Below are positions 24,637-39,700 of a stretch of 64,000 nucleotides of DNA, one piece after another. Position 1 is the stretch's first letter, and each line of letters begins with the position of its first letter. The DNA comes from Eledone cirrhosa (Eukaryota). The stretch lies in contig OZ024740.1 in NCBI GenBank assembly GCA_964016885.1, positions 362,018,001 through 362,082,000 of the forward strand. Direction: 5' to 3'. The notes below the pieces were generated by a model. It was not told the DNA's origin, did no database searches, and saw only the letters and a program-made list of their open reading frames with translations. The position numbers and the translations under genes were made by a program.

Positions 24637-27600
24637 TTACACACAAAGTATTCATGGTTTTGAAAACCAAGAAAACAGAACGGACTCTCTTTTGGAACAT
24701 TATCTCTTTCACACTCTCTCTCTCAATTTATGTATCTATTTATATATATATATATTAGGTAGTGATTTTTCTACACCCTGATATAAAAATACTAACTCCC
24801 ATATTGAACTTATAAAATTCCAGTTAGTGGAAATGATATTAATAATGTGTGTGTGTATATGTATGCAAGGGTGTGTTAATCAAAATATGTGTCTGTAATA
24901 TACATTTAGTTCTCCAGTCATATGCTATAGTAAATTTCTAAAATAATATTTTTCCCAATAATCTGTTCAATTTTGTTTATCATAGGGTATTAAGTAATGT
25001 GATTATCTAGAACATTCCACAATAATGTTTTATAATAAATATTTTAATTTGAATTAATACATTAAAATCTAAAAGAATAGAAATATTTATAATTATTGTC
25101 AATTAGAAATTAATGTGCTATTTTGGAATGTAATGTTTGTACTTGTCTAGCAATTGACTTGATCTGTAACTGTGTTGAAACTGAAGCAATTACAGTCATT
25201 TTAGCCATTCAAAAACATACAAAAACTGTTAACTCTGCTTATGTGCCAGTCAAAATGTCACAGACAGCATGAAGAAACAATTCACACCAGTAAATGAACA
25301 ATAAATGTAAAGTGAAGTTAACAGTTTTTTGTGTTTTTGAATGGTTGAAATATGGATTATATATTTAATAGTTGAAACAAACTTTGACATATTCAGATAT
25401 TTTCTACTGACTTCAGTTTCAAAATAATCATTGTTACATTGTATAATTAGTTCAATTTTAATACAGCATGAAATTGGAAAATAAAATCAGTTTATTGTAC
25501 ACAGACTCTAATGTAGATATATATAGTGATGCTTTAAGTATCTTGAATAGAGATTTCAATTTAAAGTTTCAATTAGCCTTTCTACTATTTAGGGAATATT
25601 ATCACAGTAAAATAATTATATAAATATAAATCCACTATACAATGATTATTTTAAAATGCTGTAGCAGCTTACAATAAACTAATATACATTCTAATTTCAA
25701 ATTTGCTCAGCACTTCGTAAAATTATTAATTGCTTCTGTATCTACATTTCATGGCTAATAGATAAGCCTTATTAAAAAAAGACAGATAAGTGTTTAGTCT
25801 TGCTTTGTTGTAATGATAATACAGCTACCTGCATATGCTATATTTAAAACTGCACTGTTGTAGCTCAAAATAAGCTTACATAGTTTCAAAAATTAATATA
25901 AAATGCATTATGTGTAAACAATTAATCTAATTGCAAGAGAGAAATACATATATGGATTTAGTCTATTGGGAATTCATCTGAGAGTTATTGTTAATACTTA
26001 AGCTAAAACTTAAACCTAAAACATAGTGTTGAACTATTTCTTTTTTACCCAAGTATTGAAACAATTAATGATAGGATAATTCATATTACTTGAATTTTGA
26101 TGCATAGAAATGTTGTTATGGATGTATTTCCTAATTTGATAATCATAATGATATCTATAATGAGCATAAAGTCATAGGTTTAAAGGGAAAATAGTATGGT
26201 TATGTTGGCTGCAATACTTCGCAGGTACTGGTACTTATTTACTTATCAACCATGGAAGGATGGAATATAAAGGTAACTTTCGCAGGATTCAAAATAAAAA
26301 TGAAAAGGAGTAACTAAAACCTGTAGAGCATTTTATCCACTTCTGCGAATGCACTGTCATTTTATGATAATAAATATTAACAATAATAATAATAATAATA
26401 ATAAACATTAACATAATAATGATAATGATAATAATAGTTTCTAATTTAGGCACAAGGCCAGCAATTTGAGAGGTGAGGAGTAAGTCAATTAGTACTTTAT
26501 TTATTGAACACTGAAGGATGAAAGGTAAAGCTGAGCTCAGCAGGGTTTGAACTTAGAATGTAAAGAGCCAGAACAAGCAATTCAAGAGACAATGCCAGAG
26601 ACTTGGGAAAGAATTCTTTCTGTTTTCTTTTTATAAACCTGAATCCATAGAACTGTTTCTTTTGGAATTATAGATATTGTTCCAGGAATGTGCCAGAAGA
26701 ATATTTAGACAAAAAAGAAAGAAAGAATTATTAAATTGGCCTGTGCAAGTAAGAATATAAAATATAAGATATATTGACATATATTTTACATATTGAAACA
26801 AATCCCATATATTGAAATATATTCTATATAAAAGAAGATATTCTCTATTATACCTCAGGATCTTGTAGTAAGTAAAAATTACTGATGATGGCTACTGTAC
26901 TCTTATATGTGTATCAAGGTATCCTTGATATGATCATAGTTTCAAATACTCACAGCAAGACTACATGTTTGTTTATTACATTTAAACATATTGTATATTG
27001 GTTCATATAAGCTTTTATTCTAAACCATGCTGTGTCAGCCCTTTCACTATCTTATATATAAGATATACCAAAACTGCATATTATACACTAACTCATAACA
27101 TCATGCAGAAAATATTTAAAAACTAGTTTGGTTCTTAATTCAAATCTTTAGAGTTTCTTTATTAGTGGACAGATTATTATGAACATTTGTGGACCTTAAT
27201 TTTTAATGTGATGCAGTCATAGTGCTGTTTTATATTTTTCAAGAACGTGTTGCTTATGCAGTTTCATGTGATACACGCTGTTAAGAGTCAAGGTCATACG
27301 AAAACTGATTAGTTGCTTATGTGGACGAATATTAGAGAAAGTGTGTGGATGAGGAAGAGTTGTATAAAAGTGAAACAATGGTTAAAAAAGATTCTGTACT
27401 AATCAAAACAGATTGGTTTACCTGCCTTTAAGAAACAAAAGCAACTTGTTGGGGCTTAGTATGTACTGGTCCATTGAGGACTCTTCAGAAAAAAATGAAG
27501 TATATTATAATCATTGTACTAGTTATTAGAAATGCCAACGCATGCAATATTTTTCTTTCACAATTAAAAAAAGAACGACTAAATTCCTTTAGAACTTGAT

Positions 27601-29428
27601 TTTATCTGGCTCCTGACTACATGTATATAAAACTTTAATATCATATATATATATATGAAATTATATTTTTATACATATATATTTATAAATATATATTATA
27701 ATAATATGTATAAATATATGATATGATGTTAATGTATATATGTATAATATATATATATATAAATATATATATATATATTGTTGTTATTGTTGTTGTTAAA
27801 GTTGACTAAGTAATATCTACAATGGAAGTATAGTCAACTCTAATAACAAATATATCTTTATCAAACTCCATATATTGAGTACTCATTATTTTATTCTTAG
27901 CACTACTTACAAACATAATGTGTTTGTATGTGTGCATTTGTTTGTGTACATGTAAGTATAACATGCACACCCACGCATGTGTGTGTGTGTGTGTGTTTGA
28001 GTGTATGGTGAACATGAGAAACAAATTTATGAGGCTCACATGTGAAGCTAAGTGCAGTGTTTCTAAATAATAGACACACTACACAATCTGAATACATTTC
28101 AATCAACTCTGCAATGTCAGTCACTTTAAAATGTATGTCAGTCACTTCAATTTCTTGGGAGCCAGAAAAATCATTAACCATCTTAACATTCTAACCTGTA
28201 AATGAGCACTATAATGTAACACTATATTGCAAAAAGAGTATTTTTGATATCATTTATATATGAGTTAGTCTTGCATATCACTCTTACACTCTCTCTGTGT
28301 ATCTATCTATCAATTTATCTATCAATGTATCTATTAATCTATCTATTTTTCCTTACTATATGTAACAAAAAAAAAAAAAGATTTATAACACATGCTTAAA
28401 GTCTGTGCGCTGGTCTCGTGAATTTTAATATCAGTAATATTCGTTTGCTGGTAATGAATAGTTGATGTTCTAACCAAATGTAAATAAAAGTTTTTGATAA
28501 GCAGTTTGTGTCAGTATAACACCCACTAAAACTGCTTATTATATAAACTTTGATCAATTATTTTTTAAAGAATTACATGTAGCACATATTCAGAAGTTCT
28601 GATTGGTTGATAGAAAACGATTATAACATTCATTAAAATTAAATGATTGCTGTTATGAAATAGCAAAAGATAGTAATTTAAGCTATATCTTATTTTTATT
28701 GATGTTGTTTAGCTTAGATACTTAAAGCATCTGTTTGTTGCTGGTGGTTTTTTATATTTAATAATAAAGTTTTATGTTTAAACTCTTAACATCCTGCAAT
28801 TATTTAGCTGATGATATCTAAAAATGGATTTGTTAATTCAAATGTTTCTAGTATCTTTTTTAGTTGACAGATCGTCATGAAAATTTACAGTATATTAAAG
28901 TAGACTAATGTTTAATGTGATGAAGTCATAGTGCTTTTATCTACTTTTCAAGAATGTTGCGCTAATGTGGTTTTATGTAGTAAGAGTTAAAATATGGAAC
29001 TTTATCGCCAAATAAAAAAACCAACAGTTTTATGACAGAACTTTTGTCAATGAGTTTTAAAATGATATATATATATATACAGCCACCATTCAATTTTAAT
29101 TAAGAAATTGCGTTTTCTAAAATCTATTTTAATGGAAATCATTACTTACGAATGTTTGCTACAAATAATTCATTAAAAGACTTGCATTGTAACTGAAATA
29201 ATTATCAGCCAATCTAAATGTAAAATTATTCTATGTAATCTATCTCTAAATCATGTAGATTAGAAAGCTTGTATATTAATAATAACTCATGTTGGGTGAA
29301 TGTAATTTTTTCACAGTACAGTTCTTCATTATAATTCAATTCATCATACAAGAATACATAATGCTGATTTCGTTTCTACTAGGTATAAGATTTTGTAGGG
29401 TATATACTTGTTTTCCTTTTATTATTAG

Positions 29429-29468
<40 letters not shown>

Positions 29469-30049
29469 CTTGGTGCAGTAGAAAATATTTCTAAAAAAAT
29501 GATAAGAATAATTTTCTTCAGAAAATTATTCATCAGAAAAGTCATTCTTATGTAATTATTATAAGGATTCTTTGCCCAACGGCTAAGCTTAAATTATTTC
29601 AATAACTATTGAAAGGGTTTAAGCTTAGCCAGCAAGCCAATGGTTACTATAATAATATCTACACTCTACTAAGATGAATGATGGTCTAACTGGTCTTATC
29701 TATATATATATATACATCGACTAGCAATCCATGATGTTGAGTGAAACTTAGTACAGTCTGATATTGAAATAGATAAGTGATAATCTTCCCCCATTGTCTT
29801 TCTTTTTCAATGATTTCATATAAAATAATGTTAAAATTAATTTTAATATGGAGCTTTATTCTTAATTTTCATAGACTACTTTAAAAAGATACAAAATAAA
29901 TCAGAGACTTATATTGAAGTAGTTAGTTAGACATTACTATTTACAATGAACATGAAGTATTTTGTATTTGTATGCAATCATGAAAATAGATAAAACTAGG
30001 CTTAGTTGTCATTAATTTTATAATACACATACACACATATATATATATA

Positions 30050-30365
30050 TGGCTTAGTGGTTAGAGCATTGGTTTTGCAATTGAGAGGCTGTGAGTTTGA
30101 TTCTTGGACCAGGTGATGTGTTGTGTCCTTGAGCAAGACACTATATTTCACATTGCTCCAATTTATTCACCTGTAGAAATGAGTTGCATCATCACTGGTG
30201 CCAAGCTGTATTGGCCATTGCCTTTCCCTTGGACAATATAGGTGGTGTGGAGGGCAGAGACTGGTATGCGACTGCTGTTCTTCCACAAAAAACCTTACCC
30301 AGGCTTGTGCCTCAGAAGGAAACATTCTAGGTGTAAAACCATAGTCATTAGTGACTGATGGGGTT
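30050..30365 (+). mobile_element. tRNA-derived SINE
   Basis: A-box-like ggcttagtggttagagc, B-box-like gtttgattc, then gtgtccttgagcaagacac core; relatives at ~15545-15760(-), ~34020-34170(-), ~39605, ~40975, ~49190, ~60155-60460 and ~63200-63460(-). Confidence 0.7.
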
Positions 30366-33300
30366 CATTTAATAAATACATATATATAAATTACAATGGG
30401 CTGCTTTAGTTACAATAATGAATATAGGAAAAATTAACATAGGTGACAGAACTAAAAACACTAAAAACGTAGAGTAGATGCAGACGGACAAAAGAAAGTC
30501 TCCTGCTCATTAATTGTTGATTGGATGTCATTGTGGTTTGGGCTCTTAGAGCAGTACCACTCCTCCATACATTTTGAAATGTTAACAATGAATACTGCAA
30601 TATAATACAATTATGCATAAATCTATATGGGTGAACCTATAGTTTTATTTGTTTGCATACAAAAGCTAATGAGCAGAGCACTGGGAAAATTGAATCTACA
30701 AAATGATTTACAACTAAGTTTATAGAATGGAATACAGAATAAATATTTCAACCTAGCGTGAATGTATGCATCTAATATATAGAATGTTTACAAAATTGAT
30801 TAATTGGAAAAAAAAAGCCCTGGTTCTATAAAGCAAAATCATTCATTTTAAAGGGTTCTTATTTAAATTAACATCTTTAATATAAAAGCCATATATTAAG
30901 TTATTACCTTAGAAATGAAATAAATAATAACTTCATTAATTAATTGAAATAGAGTGTATTTCATTAGAAATACACTAACAAAAGGTTAATATATTTTCAG
31001 TGTTAATTTTGTATTGATATGTTGATTTGTTAACTTGTGCATTGTGAGTTCTCATTTAGTAGATCAGCAATTCATACTGTTGTCATTCACAAATGATGCA
31101 ACAATTATGACAATACTAAAGTTTTTAAGCAGTTATTGTAATCAGCCAGCCATACATTATAACATTTATAACTGCATGGTAATTGAATTATAAATACACA
31201 GAAGATATAATGTTAATTACATGGTAATTATAATATTACATTGATCTATCACTAGCAAAATATTGACAAAATGGGCTAGCAAAGTCATAGATACTATTTC
31301 ATATAATATGATCTTCCATAATTGGGTCTGGTGTAATGAAGAAATATTACCTAAAATAATTAATCATCTCAACTATGCTGACTCTTCTGATAGATGTTTT
31401 ATCAAATACATGTGTTTAGCTAAATTGTGTACTGAAGCATATGGGTCCTTTGATGACAGGCCACAAAGTCAACAGTGTATGAACTTAACACAAGTTGAAA
31501 GAAAAACAGACATTAGCTGTTGCATTAAATATAAACCCCAAATGCTCTTAACTCTTTTCATACTCTTTTCAAAAATTAGTTTTGGTTCTATAAAATACAA
31601 CCACATGTTTTAAAGGGTTCTTGTTTAAATTAACATCATCCAACATAATTTTATATAAGAACCTTATGTAAAGTTGCTATCTTAGAAATGAAATATATAG
31701 ATCAGTGAACAATAGCAGCTAAACACTTTATGGTCTATTGATACCATAAAACAGAACACTGAGTGGAATAAATGGTAAACCATGACACTCATCATTGATA
31801 AAAAAGAAAAGTAAATTTGCTAATATTATAAAACATTATTTGTTTAGTTAAGATAGGTATCTCATGTTGTATGAATGTTTAAAGCAACAACTAACTTTAA
31901 CCATTTTAATGCCAAACCAGCCAAAACCAGATCTGGTTCAATGAAACAGGACTGTTCATTTTAAAAAGTCCTTAATAGAAAAGTTCAAAATTGAATTTAA
32001 GTGTGTTTTGATGCAAATAGAAATTTAAAATATTTTTGAGGAACAAATTAGAATAATAATGTTTGGATAACATGCTAAAGAAACATTATATAAAGGTACA
32101 TGAGCATAAATGTATGGTCATAACAATATAATATTTATTGTATATGTTACACTTGAATTGAATAATTTTCATGTGTAATAAACTATTTTGATACCAAATT
32201 AGCCAAAACTGGTTCTGGTTCTATAAACAAAAACCACCCATTTTAAATCATAATTTTCCAACATAATTTTATATAAGAATGATATGTTAAATTACTATCT
32301 TAGTAAGGAAATGGTTAATATTTTAGTAAGTTCACCAACATTCTTCATTAGATAATCAAAATAGTGTGTATTTCAATAGGGTTAACACTGACACTGGTTC
32401 TATGAAACAAAACCACCCAATTTTAAAGGCTTCCTAATTAAACTAAATATTTTAGTAATAAACTAATTCACAATTTTATCATTCCTCAAAATTCTTCATT
32501 AATGAATTGAAATACGATGTATTTGTTTAGAAGTAAGGATCACAAAGGGGATAACCCTTTAATATATTAACCTGGCCAAACCTCTCTCTGATTCTATGAA
32601 TCAAAACTACCCATTTTAAAGGGTTCCTATATATATATTAAGTGTTAATTCAAATAGAGTGCATTTCATTACAAATATAGTCACAAAAAAGGTTAAGTTA
32701 CTAAAATGATTACATGCACTGATCAACATCCTGCATCATTATTACTGTTTGCAATGAATGTTCGTCATGAAGAAGTAGTTTTGTTATGTTGTCGTCAGTT
32801 ATCTGTTTATCTATTCATCATTTACATCGCATTCTGTTCACAATTATCATATCTTTCATGCCATAATTACATATATGAGCACTGTTGTAGTTTTTGTTCT
32901 AACTAATTGTTGTTCTACTGTCTTCAGTATTTCATTGTTTAATGTTGTATTCTTGTTTTATAAAATGTGATATGTTCATATAATGTTATCAAAATATCCG
33001 TTAAATTTAAACTTATTTATAAACTGTGGTTAAACTCATTCATAAAGGCTCAAGTCCTTATATATATATCCAATGCTAAATAATTATATTCTAAATAATT
33101 GTTATTAAGTACCTTTATATAGAAATGATACACAAGTAGATTATGTTTGCAATACAGACAGTAATATGTGTTTGTTTATTTCTTGTGAATTTTACAGTTT
33201 CTCTCCTCTATTGAATCACAAAATATGTGTAAAAAACTAATTTAATCTGTATTAACCTTTTTCATAACAAAATGCTGAAATCACACCTGGTTTTATGATA

Positions 33301-33753
33301 GAAACTGTTTATTTTAAATTGTTTACATTTATCTAAAAAAATTACATTATAGAATTATGTAAAAATCTTTAAGTTATACTCCAAACGCTGACTTAATGAG
33401 AAAGTTCGTTATTTCACTTAATCTCTTAAAATTCCTGATTATTTTCAAAGTTATTTGAAAGTCATAGGCTGTCTTTCATTACATGGAAGGGTTACAAATG
33501 TAGCTGTTAAAATTATATGTAAAACCAGGTGCACTTGAATTAGAAATAAATATATATAAAATATATAATTTTTAAGAAGACAAAATATTATATGTATGAT
33601 TAAAAAAATAATTAAATGGAGGTTAATATATGGGAATGAGGATTACTGATGCTTTTTCACTAAATAATAAACTACTTTAAAGACACACACAAAGAATAAG
33701 GGTGTTATTTAGAAAACAAATTTTTAAAAAAATATGGATCGCCATAGAAAAGC

Positions 33754-33784
<31 letters not shown>

Positions 33785-34924
33785 GAACAAAGGGTTGAGA
33801 GGACCCAACTCTTCAGTGGTGTAGCCCACAGAGAAATCAATAGTTTTGAATAAGTACTGACTTTGGCAGTGATGACCTTTTTTATGCTTGTTAGCAAGGT
33901 AAATGAACAATAATGATATATATATATCAACATCATCATATATATATAAGGAATTCATACGAATATGATATAATAAGCTCTTCTTGGGTGCTTTGAATTA
34001 TATATCTACCAAAGGGAAAGTTCCATCAGACATTTGGCCCATTGAATTACAGTTACAACTCATTCTTTTCAGCTGAGTGAACTGGCGCATGTGAAATAGT
34101 GTCTTGCTCAAGGACACAATGAACTACAGGGAACAGAACTCTTGACCAAACACCCTAACCCACATGCCTTTTCAAAGCTTGTATATATATATATAATTTA
34201 CAAATTGTACATATAACCTTCCTTTTACAAATTAAACTGCAAAGTAATATCAATTATGATTTGAATTTGAAAGAAACAATATAAAAAAGAGTTAATTAAA
34301 ATTTTTTTACTGCAAATAATTTAACTATATGTTCAAACCTAGGGTGAATAATACTTGTAGGAGACTCTTCACTGAGAATTTCATCATGTTAAATTAGGTA
34401 TATTATTTATGGTACCCACCCCCAACAAAAAAAAAAATAATTTGGAGCCACTGGTTCTTATTACATGTCTGACAGAGGACAATAAAAATAAATAAACAGG
34501 GTAAGATTGAAAGCACCCATTTTCACAAAATGTAAAATAGTTAATTATATAGTGGTTGATAAAGATTTCACAAGTTATAACAAACTATTTCATTGGATCA
34601 CTCTTTTATGAGAGGAATTACTGTTTGAGATATTAATTATCCATTTGTGATTATTACTAAAAGCAGGTACTTCATAACTTTTTCTGTCATTCATCATTAT
34701 CCATGAGAATAAAGTATTTATGTAGATCAGTGAAAATTTGTATATTTTAATCCAATCATTTTCATGTCAATTCCTTTAAATATAATGGTTCAATGAAGCC
34801 CTATATATTAATTCTGTAAGGTCCAATTTTCATTAAAAATTTGTTGCATGCAAACAAATGGTAAGCGTGCCATCAATCACATACTTTATTTTGAGTATCT
34901 GCCTTTGCTATGTTCGTAATGAAG

Positions 34925-35107
34925 AGGATGTAGATGGAATCAACATGTATCCACCTTTATTGAGAGGAATGCCAGACCATGACGGCTATGAGGCCGATGA
35001 GGATGACACAGTGATTATACCAAATGGTCATAATATGTGTCCAGAAATTACAACTGAAGACTATGATGGATTTTCTGATGATGATTTCTTCAATGAAGAT
35101 GATGAAG
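34925..35107 (+). CDS. unc-22: Candidate acidic cassette exon
   Basis: aatgaag|AG...GAAG|gtattt; phase 1 to 1; open acidic frame EDVDGINMYPPLLRGMPDHDGYEADEDD...FFNEDDE; acceptor is atypical (an in-frame alternative AG ends at 34933). Confidence 0.55.
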
Positions 35108-36774
35108 GTATTTTGGCAGGATGCATCAATCAACAAATTAGCAAAGGTCAAACAATATCCTAGAGGAAATATATTTGAAATGCTTTGTAAGATGGAGAGA
35201 GAGAAATTACAGGAGTGAGAGAGAGAGAGAGAAAGACAGAGAGAAAGAGGGAGTGAAAGAGACAGAAAAATGAGGCTGAGAATAGAATATTTAATAAGAG
35301 GATAGGTACATGCATATGTGAAGTGAAATGTTTCTGGAAACAGAACACATTCACTCCAGATCATGTTGTTGAAGCCTTGTCCAATGTAAATTTCTTTCAC
35401 TCCATCTCAAAGCAATTATTCCCTAGAATTGTTGTACCTTAAATATACTGAATCAAGGAACAAAATTATTTTTAATTTAATTTTTGTTGTAATAAATATA
35501 GAATTTTAAAATTTGCAAGGGTACTGCATATTAATTATAAAATCAGGTATCTTAACCTTTTAATACGAACCTTCTTGAAACCACTCCTGGTTCTATGATA
35601 AAAAAGCATTCATTTTGAATTGTTGATAATTAAATTTAAACCTTCCATTATAATTGTATGTAAGAATTTTTCTTAAACTATATTCAAAACACAAACTTAA
35701 CAAAAAATTTAGTTATTTTACTAAATTTTTTGTTATTATATTTAAAAAAAATAAATTAATTGGAATTCATAGGCAGTGTCTTTAATTAGAATTATGGTAA
35801 AGAAATGGTTAAATTAACTTACCTGATTATTATTTTTGATCATATCTTTATGCTGATTAAATAATATACTGTTAGTGTGTTCCATTGATTTAGTATATTT
35901 GCAATGATATATAAATATTAGTGATGTATCATGTGCAATTTTATTTCTACATGATTTGCTTCTGGTTAATCCTTACATAATGTTTCATCTGCTGGGGATA
36001 TTCTTTATGTTGTACACTCTCAGACACCTTTAACTTATATCAATACATTTGTCAAACATCTGTTGGTGTGTCTAGGGTATACATTAATAATTATACCCAT
36101 AAAGAATTAAAGGATTAATCACCAGCTTCAACTTCATCACAACTGTTTCTTTCTTTCTTTTTTGGTTATATTTTATATTTGTTTCAGTTTTCCTAAAACA
36201 GACTTCAAGATGATGATATAATAATACGATGATTCTAATGTTTATTCCATAGTCTATATATTGACACATTTTGCTGCTTAGATGAATTGTTGCGCTAAAT
36301 CATGGAGCAAAGTCATACATTTCCCTTGTATCAACATTTTATTGCGCTCTTGGCTGAATCTTTGTCTATGCGCTGTGAAAAGAAATCCTCATACAATCCC
36401 CCTCCTCTGTTTTATTTCTATTTTGACTTTTGCTAACTTCTTTTTCCTTTCAGAAATAAGTAAATTATACTAACTGATAATTTTTTGTGATAAACACTTT
36501 GAAGTGAAAATATATATAATTCAAATTATTAAGAAAAAAAAAAATCATTTTATTAGTTATATTAATCAGTAACATTTTTAATGTTTTCAAAATTTCTTGA
36601 AGTAAATTAAAATTTGAAATCGTGAAAATGTTCAACTTAAATAATATATAAAACTCAGTATCTATTAAATGGCATTCATAAATTCAAGTTAAAATTATAT
36701 AAATGTTATTTGATATAAATGTTATTTTATAAAGAACAATTATTAATTCTTATCTTTTTTGCCTCCATCAACAG

Positions 36775-36782
36775 GAAAAGTG
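36775..36782 (+). CDS. unc-22: 8-nt microexon (G-K-V)
   Basis: tttttgcctccatcaacag|GAAAAGTG|gtaagt; consensus donor; converts phase 1 to the phase 0 needed at 43573. Confidence 0.75.
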
Positions 36783-39700
36783 GTAAGTTGATTTACTTTC
36801 TTAATTAAATTATTAAATGATAATTAAATCTTCAGCAAGATAACTCTATATTTGGCATATCTAAAATCTGAGATTTGTTAGTTCAAATGTCTGTAATATC
36901 TTAACTAGTGAACATATAGTGAAAATTTGCTGTAAACTAAAGACTTTAATTTTTAATATGATGCAGTTACAGTGTTGTTGTGGTACAGGATGTTAACAGT
37001 TAAAAGAATCGTTTTGCTTGCATTAAATAATCACATATTTTCACAATGCAAGGCTGATATTTTTATTTATCTAAATTACAGAGAACAAATAAATTCTAGT
37101 TGTTAAACAGAAATTTAGACAAATGTTTACAAAGCACAAAGGTCATTAGAATAAACATTAACATCGTCAAGTTACTAATTTAGCACCTATTTTAATTTCT
37201 ATTTTTTGTTTAATCAGAAATCACAGATAAGTGACAGCTTTTGTAGATAGTTCAGTTTATATGAGAAAGAAGGATATATTTTGACACTCTGACTGATATA
37301 AACTACCCAGATACATATGCTTTTAATTTTCAATTGATTCCCATCATTAGTCTGCATCCATGCTAGGGTACTGCCTTGATTTAGTTGATCATATTGTATT
37401 TATTCTTTCTGGTACTTAATTTATTGATTTCTTTTTTGTTGAGATGTTATGTGATGGGACATAAACACACATAGCAACATATATGTAAACTCAGACATAA
37501 ACACACACACATACATAGTTAATTATATGATTTGATATCTATGAAAATGCACACTGTACTAACACTTTAAGAGATACCTAACTTGCACCAAGGACACTCT
37601 ATAACATGGTTGGCATTAGGAAGGGCATCCCACCAGAGAAAACAGACCAAATATGTGCAAGTATGAACAAAATAAGGTTGCTCTGACCTGTCTAGTCATG
37701 AACTGTGACAACTCATGCTAGCATGGAAAGCAAACATAAAATGACGTTGTTAATGATAAATATCTGAAAGCAAGTGCTAGATAATTCAAAGAATTCATGT
37801 TTCCTATTAATATATTTATTTCATTTATTTGGCATCATTTCATCCTAATGGCTGACAACATGAAAAGACATTCAAAATGATAACTTATTTCATATATTTT
37901 GATGCATTTTATTATTTAAGACTGATTTTTTTTTCAATTTTCCTTCTCTTATCACCCATACATCATCTTAGATAATATTTATTTCTCTCATCTTTCATTT
38001 CTTTAATGTTTATGGCTTCTTGCCTATCTCTTTGGTTTAATCATCACATCTATTTCTTTTTTTTATGGCGTCTGTCATTGATTACATTAAACTGATAATA
38101 TACCTTGTGTTGACTGAGTATGAATGGATAAGTGGGGATTTAAAGAGTGGTGCTTCTTAACTACTTACTAGCTCTCACTTAGAAATCTCTCCATTATTTC
38201 ACAATGCATAATGTTTCCTTGCCTAAGTTTCGAAACTTTTCGTCCTGGTTTATACAAATAATATATAGCAACATATATATACTATATGTACACTCACACA
38301 CAACTTGCTAATTCAGTTATTGTTTGAATATTTTAAGTTCAATGGTATTTTAAACACCCACTTCAGTATATATATATATATATATTGTTTGAAAGTAAAT
38401 AATGAAATTCAATGAAAAAATAAATACATATTCTATCAGCATTTGTAAACAAAGAAACAGGGAATACATTGTTTTCAAAAGATATAGGATTGCACTCTGG
38501 TACTTACTGTTATCTCATAGCAAAGCTTGTTCTTTGCTTGTTGTACAAACGGATCTTTAATATTTTTATATTATCAAAATGTTTGTATTGTGGCTACTCA
38601 AATGAAGAAGGGAAAGTTATCAGGGTGTTACCAGTAGCATTAAAACTATTTGAAAATTATTCAGACAACCAAAATATAAACCAAATCATCATCAAGTTCC
38701 TGTAGCTGTTGCAGCCAGTTGTTGGATTACCACTCTAAAGGTTCTCACAGTGAACAGTTACCACTGGTCTCTACCTTCTATCATGTGCAAAAGGGTCACA
38801 ATGTTGTGACCTGTCCAGTTCTTTCTGTTGTCAGACTAGTTTAGGCAGTTAGCAATTACGACTGGTCTCTGTCCTCCATTATAAGAAAATAGTCACAGAG
38901 TTGTGACATGCCCAATCCTCAATGTTATTGGAATTTTTTACACTATACACTTAACCAAGTAAATTCTTTAAAGTTTACACAACAGGAAACATAATGCTTT
39001 ATTTTGAGGATGGACCCTACTAATTATTTTACCATGGATACTAAATATATGGATGACACATACCTATATTTTCGCAGGAAGACATTTATTCGCTATAGTC
39101 TAGGATCATGTGAGGTAAATTTTACATTATTGAATATTATTTAATTTTCATATTCTTTTATTCTATTTGTTTCAGTCACTCGACTGTAGCTTTGCTAGGG
39201 CACCACCTCAGTTTAATCGATTATATTAAACCTAGTGGTTATTTTTTCAAGTCTGTTATTCATTTTATCAATCTCTTTTGTGTGAAACTGCTTGTTAAAG
39301 TACATAAGAATAGATGCAGACACACACACACACATAGTTTTCAACTAGGTGTTCACAAAAGCAGTACTGGATGATGAGGTGAGTCCATGAAGTAATTCAA
39401 ATGTTTCTGGTACTATATTAAAAACAATATGCACACACTATTAGGTAGCTATTCTTCTCCACATCTAAACATTTTTTTTGTCATTCCTCATTCTTGTCGT
39501 ATAGCAATCTTGGAGGGGAGTAATTGTTGTGGGGAATCTGTGAGAAAATTCATTTAAATAAATTTCTCTTTCAATTGATATTTTCTCCATATATCAATCT
39601 GTGAAGGTGTATGATCCAGTAGTTAAAGTGTTTGGCTCATGATCATAGGTTGTAGGTTCAATTTCTGAATCAAGCAGTGCATTTGTGTTCTTCAGCAAGA

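Noticed and set aside
30050-30115. tRNA gene
   Set aside because: The A/B boxes run into a SINE core and the cloverleaf is broken; this is a tRNA-derived SINE head.
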